A stretch of 63,599 bases of DNA, filler included, from Lenisia limosa (lineage: Eukaryota > Protista > Breviatea), in the NCBI GenBank assembly GCA_001655205.1. It is 11 parts of 11 records of this genome, joined end to end, with 100 filler letters (N's around TTAATTAATTAA, not from the genome) between each part and the next. Parts side by side here need not be neighbours in the genome. Positions count along the whole stretch, not along the records: positions 1 to 13,199 come from LPNZ01009110.1; 10 more parts are not named here. One strand, written 5' to 3'. Position 1 is the first letter of the stretch. Every line of letters starts with the position of its first letter. Position numbers and translations under genes: made by a program. Positions 1-11,100 of this stretch are shown here, one piece after another. The notes under the pieces were generated by a model. It did not search any database, was not told the DNA's origin, and was given only the letters and a program-made list of their open reading frames with translations.

Positions 1-14
1 CCCCCCCCCCCCAG

Positions 15-3000
15 GACCGCAGCGGACGTGTTGACTTCAGGCGCGGTTTCGGACTCGGAAGTTTCCAGACCTAGGGTATTCGTCAAACAGACAAAGTAGG
101 GCTCTTCTTCTCAATATCTCATTTATACTGCCTTGGAGCGGTCTTTAAAATCCGAAATTATTAAAGTGTCTCTATTTGAGTCTTTGTGACAAATTGTCCA
201 TTCATTTATAATTCTCAAGCTGTACTTGAGTCAAAATTTGGAAACATTTCCATTTTGATACCAAAACTGTTCTTCTCATAGATTAAAACTAGATATGATG
301 TGTCTCATAATAACAATATAACACCAGACAGGTATCAACTTAAAAAGGACACCCAATTCTGATCGTTTAGATCCATTGAAAGCCTACCCCTCGAAAACTT
401 CAAAGAGTCCCCAGAAGAGGTAAGGATTCTTATCTCTGTTTGGGCCTTATCACATGCGAACTAAAGACCATTATATGCGATATTAGGGCTTCCTATCCGA
501 AAAAGACTGAAAATATCGTTTTTATCGAGAATTTTTGGAGAAATTGTCTTTTTGAGACCATAAAGTCATAGGAATAAGTAAGCCACCCCTGATGAAAATT
601 CCCCTCTCCCCCTTGTTTTTTTTTTTTTTTTTTTTCTCNNNNNNNNNNNNNNNNNNNNNNNNNNNNNNNNNNNNNNNNNNNNNNNNNNNNNNNNNNNNNN
701 NNNNNNNNNNNNNGTGCAGACAGAAACATTAGTTAGAGGGTATACTCTTTTTTCGTAAGTTTAGCAAATAGTATTATTGTTCAATATGTCATATCATATG
801 ATACATTCCAAATTGAATTCAGACCCACTCGAGAGATGATTCTATGCTTCACCTCTTCACCATTTCAGAACTCTACTGGCAACACATCAACACCTGATAC
901 ACCAAAAACCTGGGCACATGTCTTGAAGGGCCTTGTTAATGAAAACAACAAGCTGGTGCGTGGGGGTACAAATGTATGTTGTGGGACTCATTTTGGTCCG
1001 GTTCCTCGACAAATCCTCCAACGCTGTCGATATATTATCGGACTTTTTAGGACCGAAGTGTACCCATTTTATGTCAGTACATGTGTGATTTTTGACAAAT
1101 GACTATTTGGTACATACATAATATAATATATACATATATCATATACAAGAGTATATATNNNNNNNNNNNNNNNNNNNNNNNNNNNNNNNNNNNNNNNNNN
1201 NNNNNNNNNNNNNNNNNTCGCGGTCAGTGTATTTTATATGAAAGGCGCAATACCATTCACTGTTTAGCATCAAGAAATGGAAAGTCTTAAGCTTGCCGAG
1301 GATCCAACTAAGGAAAAAACCCATGCGGTGGGAGGGAAGTAGGGGCTTTCTGAAATGTCTCCTATGTGATATTTAGAAATGAGAAAATAGGATTTTATTA
1401 TTTCACCCAATCATTTTTTTTTTTTTNNNNNNNNNNNNNNNNNNNNNNNNNNNNNNNNNNNNNNNNNNNNNNNNNNNNNNNNNNNNNNNNNNNNNNNNNN
1501 NNNNNNNNNNNNNNNNNNNNNNNNNNACCATAATATTATCAACAGCACTTTCAGTCACCACGGCAACAGTAAAGTACCACCTGTAATATTTCCAGCTTAA
1601 CACTGATGCTGAGCTGCCATCTCGACAACGAGCGGACCCCGTTACTCCTACACCCATGCCAATGCCGTCCCCGGCATCACCCCCAACTGCCCAGGGTAAA
1701 TGGAGGCTAAAAGGCCTGATGAATGAAGAGTATTCTATATTCACGGTGAACTGTCTTTCTATTTCCCAATGAAAAGAGGAGATTCTTCATTTTCTGGGGT
1801 AGTGTAGAACCTCTTTTGTTATGACCTTGGTAAAACTTGATCAACATTTCCCACGGTCACTTTGTACATATGCATAGTATACATAGTATACATATCATAT
1901 GATATAGTATATTACATAGCAATGTGTTCATATGCTTTTATGCATTTAAAATATATTTGATGGAATTATTCTGTTGGTCAAGAGTTGATGATATTGATGC
2001 TTCATCCAAATCCTAGTGAATGGAGGTATGTGTTTTTGCTAACGAAAGTTCATGACAAAAATTGTCATAACCACTCGCTGTGACTCTTCAGATGCGACTC
2101 TCGAAACAGAGAAGCCTCCTTCTCAAAACCCCAAGGTTTGCTGTAACTGAATCTTCAGAATAATCAGACATTCGTATCAGAACACAGACTGGTAACTGTA
2201 ACACTTTGACCACTAACCTATCTCAATCCCGTCTAACTTGGCTATAAGTATCGTTGGTTATAAGTTGGGTCATATAACTTCTTAGAGAGGACATAGTGTA
2301 TGATATGTAACTCCACTAACCCCTTCGAGAAACCTGTATAACTTCGAATAACCCCTTAGAGAGACCCGTATAAGTTCAGCTCAGCATTCAACATGGGTCC
2401 CGATCCAGCTGTCCACGGGAGTGACAGGTTTGCTGCTTTCGATATCCAGTAACCATAAGGATCAAAATAGAGCTGCGCTTCGATTCTGCATAAAGAAGGC
2501 TGAATTCACTCTACCTAGGGCTTCATTTCGGTTCAAAAAAAAAGACTGAAATCTTCGATATATCTTCGAAAAAATATTTTACCGGCGAACCGAAGTGAAG
2601 CCCTACTCTACCCTGAATATAGTGCATTTTTTCTTTTAGAGCCGAAAGTATAACTTCAGTTTGAAGGTCAGAATAATATATGCACATATACAGTGACCGG
2701 GATAAGTCTTGACCGATTTGCTATCCATAATATAATCAAAAAGGATATGAAAGCTGTTTTCTGACCACAACTTAATAACCACAAATGACACAATGACATT
2801 TGATTCAAAAAAAATCGTAAAAATGACTTTCTCAGTGAAGGAAGTGTAAGGCGAAAGAAGTCTTCAGATTCTGAAAAGTGGGGGTGTATTATGACTGTGA
2901 TGTTTAATGTAATACCTCTATTGTAGTTTTCAAACACAATCCTCTTTACCCCCCCCCCCACAGGCCAAAAAAGCGAAAGTCGGCCCTTTTGGATTCGAGA

Positions 3001-3483
3001 CGTACACGAAGATCTGCAAGAGATATACAAGGGTGGGTGGGTTGGCTAGTCAGTTGCCTTTTGGCTTTGTTTGGAGAAAAGCGTTGCCTTGTGTGAAAAA
3101 AAACTCTTTCTTCGGGGAAAAGCTATCTGCGGAGTTGAATGTACAAGTCATCAGTACCCTTCTACCACCTAAATTTTGATTGTTGTTTTACTGTTCAGTG
3201 CCACAAATGATTCATCACGAGAGAGAACCCCCAAACTTCCGTATGTGGGATCAATTGGACCTCCTTCTGACTCAAAAACTGTGAAGTTTCCTTCACAAAC
3301 TATTGAAGAACAAAGCTGTGGACTTTCCTTCTCAAACTATTGAAGAACAAAAAGACGTTTCTCTTCAAAGTAGAATTATTTTTCTACTGGATATATATTT
3401 TCCTAGACTGCTTTTTCTGACTATTCAGTCGCGCCTCCGCATCTGTAAAAGAGGCCCCACCATTCGATTATGTTCAAGAATAA
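15..3483 (+). CDS. 3' part of a multi-exon gene for a low-complexity Ser/Pro/Lys-rich protein (5' end outside window)
   Basis: GT-AG bounded exons on +: 15-76 (TAADVLTSGAVSDSEVSRPR), ~1597-1695 (LNTDAELPSRQRADPVTPTPMPMPSPASPPTAQ), ~2091-2135 (DATLETEKPPSQNPK), ~2836-2877 (EGSVRRKKSSDSEK), ~2964-3032 (PKKRKSALLDSRRTRRSARDIQG). Phase was checked only for some junctions. Stop position uncertain; no domain recognised. Confidence 0.45.
2516..2605. mobile_element. MITE family A copy (hAT-like ends TAGGG...CCCTA)
   Basis: TIR TAGGGCTTCA(T/C)TTCGGTTC / GAACCGAAGTGAAGCCCTA, flanked by the direct repeat (A)CTCTACC (7-8 bp TSD). Confidence 0.85.
2691..2721. mobile_element. MITE family B (Tc1/mariner-like), single end
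   Basis: TA followed by CAGTGACCGGGATAAGTCTTGACCGATTT; matches the TIR of full copies at 32556 and 63423. Confidence 0.7.
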
Positions 3484-3714
3484 ACTGTGCTTTCTTTAAG
3501 GTCTTTGATGTTTTTTTGCTCTACTATTATTATGTAACAGAAATGTATTCTTTTGTTTTCTTGCAACATTTCAAAATCAGTTGAAAAGATAAAAACACAA
3601 AACTGTGATTATGAGTTAAATAAACTTGAGTTTTTATCATTCTTTTACATAGGAAACCGAGAAATAACTGAAAACTTAGCAAGAAGGAATGACTTCAGGG
3701 GGGGGGGGTCAAGA

Positions 3715-3995
3715 TACACGTGTTCTTGAGCATCTTCTTGTCAAAAATGGGGCAAGAACTCATTCCGGCCAGACCGTTAGACAAATTTTTCATCCGAACC
3801 TTTCACCAATATGCTCACGTGACCAACTGAACTGTATATCACCCCTACCCCAAATAGTGAGAACTAAGTAACTCAGAACCAACATCTGGAGTCTGTAGCC
3901 AGATTCATTGGAATCCCCGAAAACGGTACCCTTGAATTTTTTCAGGAAATTTTCCCCACTCCAGTTAACGGTAAGCCACAGGGAACTACTCACTC
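3715..3995 (-). CDS. Two or three spliced exons of an unidentified protein
   Basis: Exons ~3960-3871 (GENFLKKFKGTVFGDSNESGYRLQMLVL) and ~3826-3720 (IGHVSILVKGSDENLSNGLAGMSSCPIFDKKMLKN) join in phase across a GT-AG intron. Start and stop not found. Confidence 0.35.
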
Positions 3996-4029
3996 CGGGC
4001 AGTGTGACCTTTTATTACAGAGAGAGGCT

Positions 4030-5190
4030 AGCAAAAGTACTTAAACCATAGAGGAAACATGACCCTTGACAAAAAAGGGGCGCTCAAACCCAGGAGCGGG
4101 TCGTTGCGGGAAGTGTAGTCAGACACTTGATCTGAGAGCAAGGAGTTAGGCCTTAGGCTGACCATGGTTGGATGCTGGCAAACGGAGAGCAGGTGGCGGG
4201 GGGATTCTTGGTGTGGAGGAGATGGAGCTGGGCACAGAGGGTATTGTGGAGGATGGTGTCCGGGTGGACACCAACGTCTGGTGGGTAAGGAGCCAATGAG
4301 GATCCGGAGGCGCATCTTCTCCCGCTTCCATGTAGGAGTTCGCTTGCTTTCCAGGCCCTTCTTCATGTCAGGGGGTAAGGTGTGGTTGGCATAGCACTTC
4401 TCGTTCTTGATTGGGTGTGGGATGTGGTCCCTCATTAGGCTACACATAGATCTGAATCCGATTCTGAAGCTTTTGAAAGGATAAGAAATGTATATCGAAA
4501 AACATTCAGTTAACAAAAGATAAAAAAGATACATAGAAGAGTGGTGGCGGAGTGGACGGGGACGGAATGGAGGTGTGTTCACTTCTAGAGTGGTGCGGCG
4601 GGCGGACTTCTGGGCAGTGGGTGAGCAGACTAGAGGGGTGGCGGGATGGTGACTTCTTTTGTGATGACGGGCGCGGCGGGTGATCTGGGCACTTGGAGTG
4701 CAAACCCGTTACCTATCACATAATAATGTAATAGGGATGGTATTCAATTGCTGTAAATCGAAAAGGTGGAGGCTATAGGGTGGTTATGGTTGAGGTTGGA
4801 AGACGAAGGTGAGGTTAGTAGGTGCTGGCGAGGGCCCAGGGACCAAGGTGACGATGGAGTACATGGCGACGGACGGGCTTTCAGGGACCGCAACTGGTCT
4901 GCTGGGAGGGCCAGCCCCCTCCTCCAAGAGGTCACAGCGGGTTTTCCAGACCCGGAGTGAGTGGTCGAGGGCATTTGGCAGCTTGGCCAGTGCCTTGGAG
5001 TCGAGGAGGGATCTCATGTTCTCCTTGAGGCAAGGGCAGATTCCTGCTGCCAGGCCTCCTGTGACTGAAAAGGGGGGCTTTATTCCTGGACGAGGGTCTG
5101 GTGGTGGCAGGCGAGAAAGGCCAACAGGTGTCGTGGCAAGCCGAAATGGCTCTCGAAACATTCAAAGGCTCAAAGGCTCTTCTTAACAAA
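4030..5190 (-). mobile_element. Probable degenerate non-LTR retrotransposon (LINE) 3' fragments
   Basis: GC-rich stretch with long unspliced minus-strand frames. One reads KMRLRILIGSLPT...Q[Y]PLCPAPSPPHQESPRHLLSVC (4178-4243), a zf-RVT-like C-x2-C...H-x4-C with the first Cys as TAC, one change from TGC. Another reads ...LDHSLRVWKTRCDLL (W-x2-R-C motif typical of LINE C-termini). No RT or endonuclease domain is visible. Confidence 0.5.
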
Positions 5191-5241
5191 AAAACTAGGA
5201 TCGAATGTCAATCTTGATTAAAGGTTTTTGTAAATCCAACT

Positions 5242-5310
5242 GCCCGGTTAGCTCAGTTGGTAGAGCGTAGGACTCTTAATCCTACGGTCGTGGGTTNNNN
5301 NNNNNNGTCG
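5242..5310 (+). tRNA. tRNA-Lys (anticodon CTT), 3' half partly in an N gap
   Basis: GCCCGGTTAGCTCAGTTGGTAGAGCGTAGGACTCTTAATCCTACGGTCGTGGGTT: A-box/D-arm, anticodon stem TAGGA/TCCTA with loop CTCTTAA, start of B-box GGGTT. T8 run at 5311 is a plausible Pol III terminator. The acceptor 3' strand cannot be confirmed. Confidence 0.9.
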
Positions 5311-6070
5311 TTTTTTTTATGTTCTCCGTCCCTGTCTCATTTATTTATTGTGTGTGTGTAACTTGTATGTAACTGTGTTATGTGAGCAAGAAGACAGAAC
5401 ATAGTACAACAACGATCCAAGAGCTGCAAACGAGAGCGAGCACACACAGTTGCCGCAGATCTTCCCAGTTTTGAGCATTTTTATTATTATAGGGGTGAGG
5501 GTGGTAGATGACTCTATGCAATTGATGTGAATGAATTGAATTGGAGAATTGAGTTCTACCGAAGCCAGCCGAAGCCATGCATAACTTTTCAATCGGAACT
5601 TTCCAAATGGGGTAAGTTGCCTAAAGAAGTAAGTTTTTCTCTATTTGAATTGGTGTGTTTGTGTATTTGTTTTGCTTGCTTTTCGTTGTTGAAAACCTTA
5701 GTTTGTTTATCCAACAAGTGAATCTATCCAAAATAAAAGTTTATTTCAAGTAGCTTTCCTCTCTTCTTTTGTAAGCTCTATCCGATTTCTCTTCTGCAGG
5801 TCTAATTGCTTCCAGGAATTCCGCATTCAATTGCTCTGCACCAGTGTGTCACACTTCTCAGTCAATTTATTAGCGGTTTGTTTCACCCCCCTTTCTTGGG
5901 GCTTGAGGCAATTAATGGGTGTGTTACACACGTGTTGTTTTTGGTTATGACTTTCCGGCTGTTTCCACAGCAGCTTCATCTCAGCTCTGGGCGTTTTCTG
6001 GTTCTAATACTGTAAACCTGCTTCAGTTGTGATAAGTAGTTTTTTTTAGTTGTCACCCTTTCAGACAACG

Positions 6071-7590
6071 ATGCTCTCTTCTGTTCGTCTTGTCCCCCGC
6101 ATCTCACTTTTCGCTCCTGCTGCTGCGAGGCATTTCACTGCAGCGCTTCCTCGTGTATGCGGGCAATTGAATGATGCTGAATATTGGTTGAAAATGAATA
6201 ATGCATACTTTACCAACTCATTGTGTCAACTTTATATGATTAGAGCTTGTAACATTGATGATTGAAATGTCTTTTGGAGCCGAAAGGAAGCTCTATTTTC
6301 TTCTCACAGTTCAGAATGTCGAGGCATTCAACCCTCCTGATCTCACCGGTGAGATAGGATGAAGCAGTATAGCAGCTTAGCATACTACTCTTACACAAAT
6401 GTCTTCCTGCTGCTCTTAACGACAGCACTATTTATTGGAGTTTGTTCAATCATAGTTGACCAGTTCGACTCAAATAATTCGTTATGTGATCTTATCACTT
6501 AGATGTCATAATAACACTAGTGGTTATGATGTTACACCCTTCTCTTCCGTTAGCCGTCATAATATTTCCTTCTCACCTTGTCAGTCGCATCCGCTCGAGG
6601 ATTCGATGGACAAGTTCAGGCCATCAACGTTATGAACTCGAGCCTTTCCAACGCCATTTCCGGCCTTTCTGATGTTGGATATTGTGATTTCACAAAGACA
6701 TAATATATGATGAAATTATGGCATTTGGGTAAAGGCTATTTAAAAACGTCTTTTAAATAGCCAAAGCAGTAACCCCTCTAGACCATGACAAACCGCGCAC
6801 CCAGTGATGCGGCGCTCCAAAGCAGCGTCACTGCTGTGCGTCAAGCCTGTGACGGCATGTTGAAGCTTGAGGTGGGGGTGGGTTGACGGGGAAGGAGTGG
6901 GAATGTTTTGGGGTGGGCACTTGCTATCAGTCCTAAAATTTATTGAAAGTTTGGGTCTTAAATCTTCAGATTCAACATGAAACTGACTTCACAATTGATG
7001 TGTTATGTTTCATCAGAGAATAGAACTTTCAAGTTTTAAATAAAAGCTAATAAATGCAAATTATATAACAGAAAAACTGACACTTATCAAAAACTCGCTT
7101 GTATTTTATTTTCATTTTTTTATCACCGGCAACTCCTTCCTTCCTAACCACTCAGCGTGATTTGACAAAGTCTCTTCCCCAGGAGTTCAGCGGACTTACC
7201 TTCACTGCTGTCAATCCCCAACAGGTTGGTTCTCCCCCAGATACTTTGATGTTGATGCTTGTACTAAATCGAAGGTGAAACAGTACCTCAAAATTGTATC
7301 AGCAGTTTTGTGTTTTTGAGATATTCATCCTCCAGGTTCAGCTTTCAGCCGTGGCTCGAACTGCAGAAGAAATGCTCTTGGTTTGTGGGTGGTTAAAATG
7401 GAAGGAAAACAAAGGGGGGGTGGTACAGGGAGAGAGGTGGGGCGCAGATGAAAGAGGGGAGGGGATAAATGGGTAAAAATAGGATTATCGCCGTACTTCT
7501 CCCTGGTACTGTTTGACTGATTAGGACAAGGATGAAGCTTATGAGGGAGCTGCCTTCCTTAACGAGTGGATCATTGAACATAGTGTTTAG
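6071..7590 (+). CDS. ~170 aa protein of unknown function with a mitochondrial-presequence-like N-terminus
   Basis: Seven exons join in phase: MLSSVRLVPRISLFAPAAARHFTAALP / LQNVEAFNPPDLT / VASARGFDGQVQAINVMNSSLSNAISGLSD / TMTNRAPSDAALQSSVTAVRQACDGMLKLE / EFSGLTFTAVNPQQ / VQLSAVARTAEEMLL / DKDEAYEGAAFLNEWIIEHSV*. The N-terminus is Arg/Ser/Ala-rich with no acidic residues. Confidence 0.7.
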
Positions 7591-8197
7591 AGTTTTGTTT
7601 GACTGTTTTTTTCTCAATCATGTTAATCTGTTTCCGTCTGTTATGTCTTTTGACTTTTTATGTAGCTTGCCCATCATCTTGACAAAAGAGACAGAAGAAT
7701 GATATAATGATATGTAATATCAAAGTAGCTTTATCCATATGATATGTAAAAGGAAATGAAATGATTAGCTTTTTGTTTAACCGTATAACTCAACGGAACT
7801 GTAACTTGAAATTGCTTGACTTTACGGGTGGCACTACCAAATGTACAAATGTGAATATGGACCCACTAGAATAGGGGTTTATTTTTTGATTAAAAACGTT
7901 AGAATTTTTATATGCGATTGATATTTTTCAAATTTATGAATTTGGCAATATTGAAGATGAAACTGGAGAGTATTACTTACTGGTAATGGCATCTTCTGAA
8001 AGCTTTAATTTGAGTTCATACGCAACCTGTAGTATGCCTAACATGTCTACATTATGAACGGTATTTTGAATACCTAGTTTTATGTGATATTTGTGGTAAA
8101 TGTATCAGAAAAGATGTCACATTTCGAATGCAGAATTATTATTATTATCAGATTTTTATCATCACAACAGTAAAAAGTTGCATCATTGTCAAATCTA

Positions 8198-11100
8198 TCA
8201 CGCAAACAGAGCCGCCTTAAACAACTCGGGATCCAACACCCAGTTGCATCCAGATGAGAGAGGTTCCAAAGGAATCAACGGGGGAATCCTGGGGGTGGGG
8301 GTTAGTCCAACTACAAGTCAACAATATGTGCATGTGCGAATGATATCCTTCTTTGACCCCCTCCCCCCAACCGAGGTAGTGAAAGTGGCTCATCAGTATT
8401 TGCTGCTTGGAGATTTGCAACCTGCTGTACAATGTTAAGCTTTATTGTGGATACCCCCCCCCCCNNNNNNNNNNNNNNNNNNNNNNNNNNNNNNNNNNNN
8501 NNNNNNNNNNNNNNNNNNNNNNNNNNNNCAGCTCATTTCACTTTTGAATTTTCGATATATCAATTTTTTCCATCTTTCAAAAACCGAAAGTGAAGCCAAA
8601 ACTCGGGCTCCCAGAGTTTCTTGAAGCAGATATATGTAACTTGGGGATGGGATAGCAGATAAAATAATTAAAATACATAATCGATAATATCATATCATAT
8701 CTTACCATCATATGATCCGACTCCTATTCACAGAACCAATATTTCAGAACCCTTTGAGTACCTCACCTCATCTATTGTGGTCATGGCCTGGGTGGCGAGT
8801 GAGATATTGGAAACAGGGGACAACTAGGAGGGTAAGGAAAGAGTTTCTAAGTAAGCAGTTTTTCTGACTTCCTCAAAAATGTTCCAATCAAATGATTGTA
8901 CATTGCTGCTTTTAAGGAAAGAGTATTTGTCTCACGGCCATCATATCTCCATTTCAAGACACATAATTTATATTGTCTTTATTTGAAGCTGTATCGAATA
9001 TTATATATCTATAGTTCACAATATGAGCTTTATAATGTATGTACTATGATAGACAACTTCTTGCAAGACATGGGCTAAAAAGGTGAAAAAAATCTTTTTT
9101 TTTTGTTCAATCAGAACATGCGCTATATAGTTGTGTCGTTTACAGTGTTTGAACTTTGTGCTGTGAAGAAAACTGTTAAAAAAACACGAGTCTGACCTGA
9201 GGAAGAGGTGCTGACAGTGAGCCATGTGAGAGGAGAGGGAGAGACAAAACAGCAGGAGGTCCATTTGGATTGCTATTGCTCTGCATTTGTCAGATAAATT
9301 CCACAGTCTGGAAACTGTGGTAATCAGACTGCGATATTTATCATTTTGCCTGCTTCATTTTATAAAACCAGCAGTTTTGAATAACAATCAAGGTCCAATT
9401 ACACTCAAACAGAAGAGTGATGAAATATGTTTCATTTCAAGATTCTTGGTAATAATTCTTGGAATGTTACACTTTCCCCCTTCTCACTTGAGTGGAAAGG
9501 TGTCCAAGGAAGTACGGGTGCTTCAAGGGTTTTGGATTTTGAGGAACATGCGGTAGTTTTCCGTGATAAGTTGACTATATTTGTGATTGAAGTTGGAAAA
9601 GTCTGCTCAAATGCTGATAAATATCAGGAGTTTTGAGTAGCGGCTCCCATACTTGAATAAACATCCTGTTCCTACCCTGATGATGTTCGATACTTCAGTG
9701 AATCCAAGCTGAACACTACTCCGATAATTTCGCTTCACCTTGAAAGTAAATGTTTATATGTACATGTAAGTGTTTCTGAATCAAATTAAAATGGGCATGA
9801 TTTTGTTCCTGTATGAAGAAGATTAAACGGTTCTCTGTATTTTCTTCAGCATAATCCCAAAAAGGACATTTATTGGTGCCTTTCCTATTGAAGCACTCCC
9901 CCCCCCCCCCCNNNNNNNNNNNNNNNNNNNNNNNNNNNNNNNNNNNNNNNNNNNNNNNNNNNNNNNNNNNACTAGCTGGACCAGATTGTTCCTCACAGCA
10001 AGCGTGAACGGGGTCATGAACTGGAGCGTGAGTTTATTCATATCATCTGTGGAGCTTTCCGATTCCAATCAATTAACCATCCAATTTTCCCATGCTTTGA
10101 GAGAACAAAAATAACCAGAGTTTCACTTTCGGTTCCTATAAGAAACACCCATTATCAATATTATATTTATTGAGAATATATCTAAAAGCTTTTTGTGGCA
10201 ACCGGAAGTGAAGCTCTAATATGAAGCTGAAGAAATTGTGAACTCACATTTTTAGGCTTTATGAAAGGGTCGGAGCCCCTGTTGAGCAGGTGTATTGCAA
10301 GCGTCTCAAACTTGTACGATGTTGCTACATGAAGTGCTGTGCGCCCCTGGGAATATTATAATTGTGTGGAACCTTATTCCCCTAATAAAAGACAGAACTC
10401 TCAATGATGACAATTTACAATGTGCAATGAAATGAACTGTGGAATGAGTGACTGTTATGAATACGTGATTGTAGAAAAATAGCAGTTGAGAAAATTACTC
10501 AAAAATTAATACAGACCCCTCCCTATATTTCATTATTCATCAAAGTACATAACACACAGCCCGAAATAATAGTATACTACTAAAATACAATAAATTGTAC
10601 CTTGCTAATTCAATAAATGGTTACACCTCCCTTGTAACACTCGTGATTTCAAAATACGGCACAGAAGTCAAGTAATATCGTAGAAGGGAATCCGAGCAAA
10701 TAAACTGAATGTTTAAAATTTTGTCATCCCTGAATGGCCGGTAAAAATCCCGATTTAACAACTTTATTATCACCAAAGGAACTACCAAAGCCAGTTATGA
10801 TTGTGATTGTTGCAAAAATTTGAGTACGAAAGATGGCAATATCATATCCGGTCAACTCGGATCTCCATCTCTGATCTTCTTTTTCCTCCGAATACGACCT
10901 CACCTGTTTGGTCGTGTCCTTGATAATGTCGGGGACAATCGTAATAAACGTGTCAACGGCAGCAGTGTTTCCATCTTTGCAGAGCCGGTGTATTAAATGA
11001 AGGTCCTGAACAGTGGGATGGAAAATTGTTAATTATGATACTAAAAAAATCAACTCTGGCTTAACATTTAGGCAACACAACACAAGAGGACTTGGTATTG

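Noticed and set aside
4766-5186. Plus-strand ORFs (64 and 125 aa) upstream of the tRNA
   Set aside because: GC-rich stop-poor shadow frames; the recognisable motifs are on the minus strand.
5400-6010. Possible small exons between the tRNA and the mitochondrial-protein gene
   Set aside because: No consistent spliced frame on either strand.
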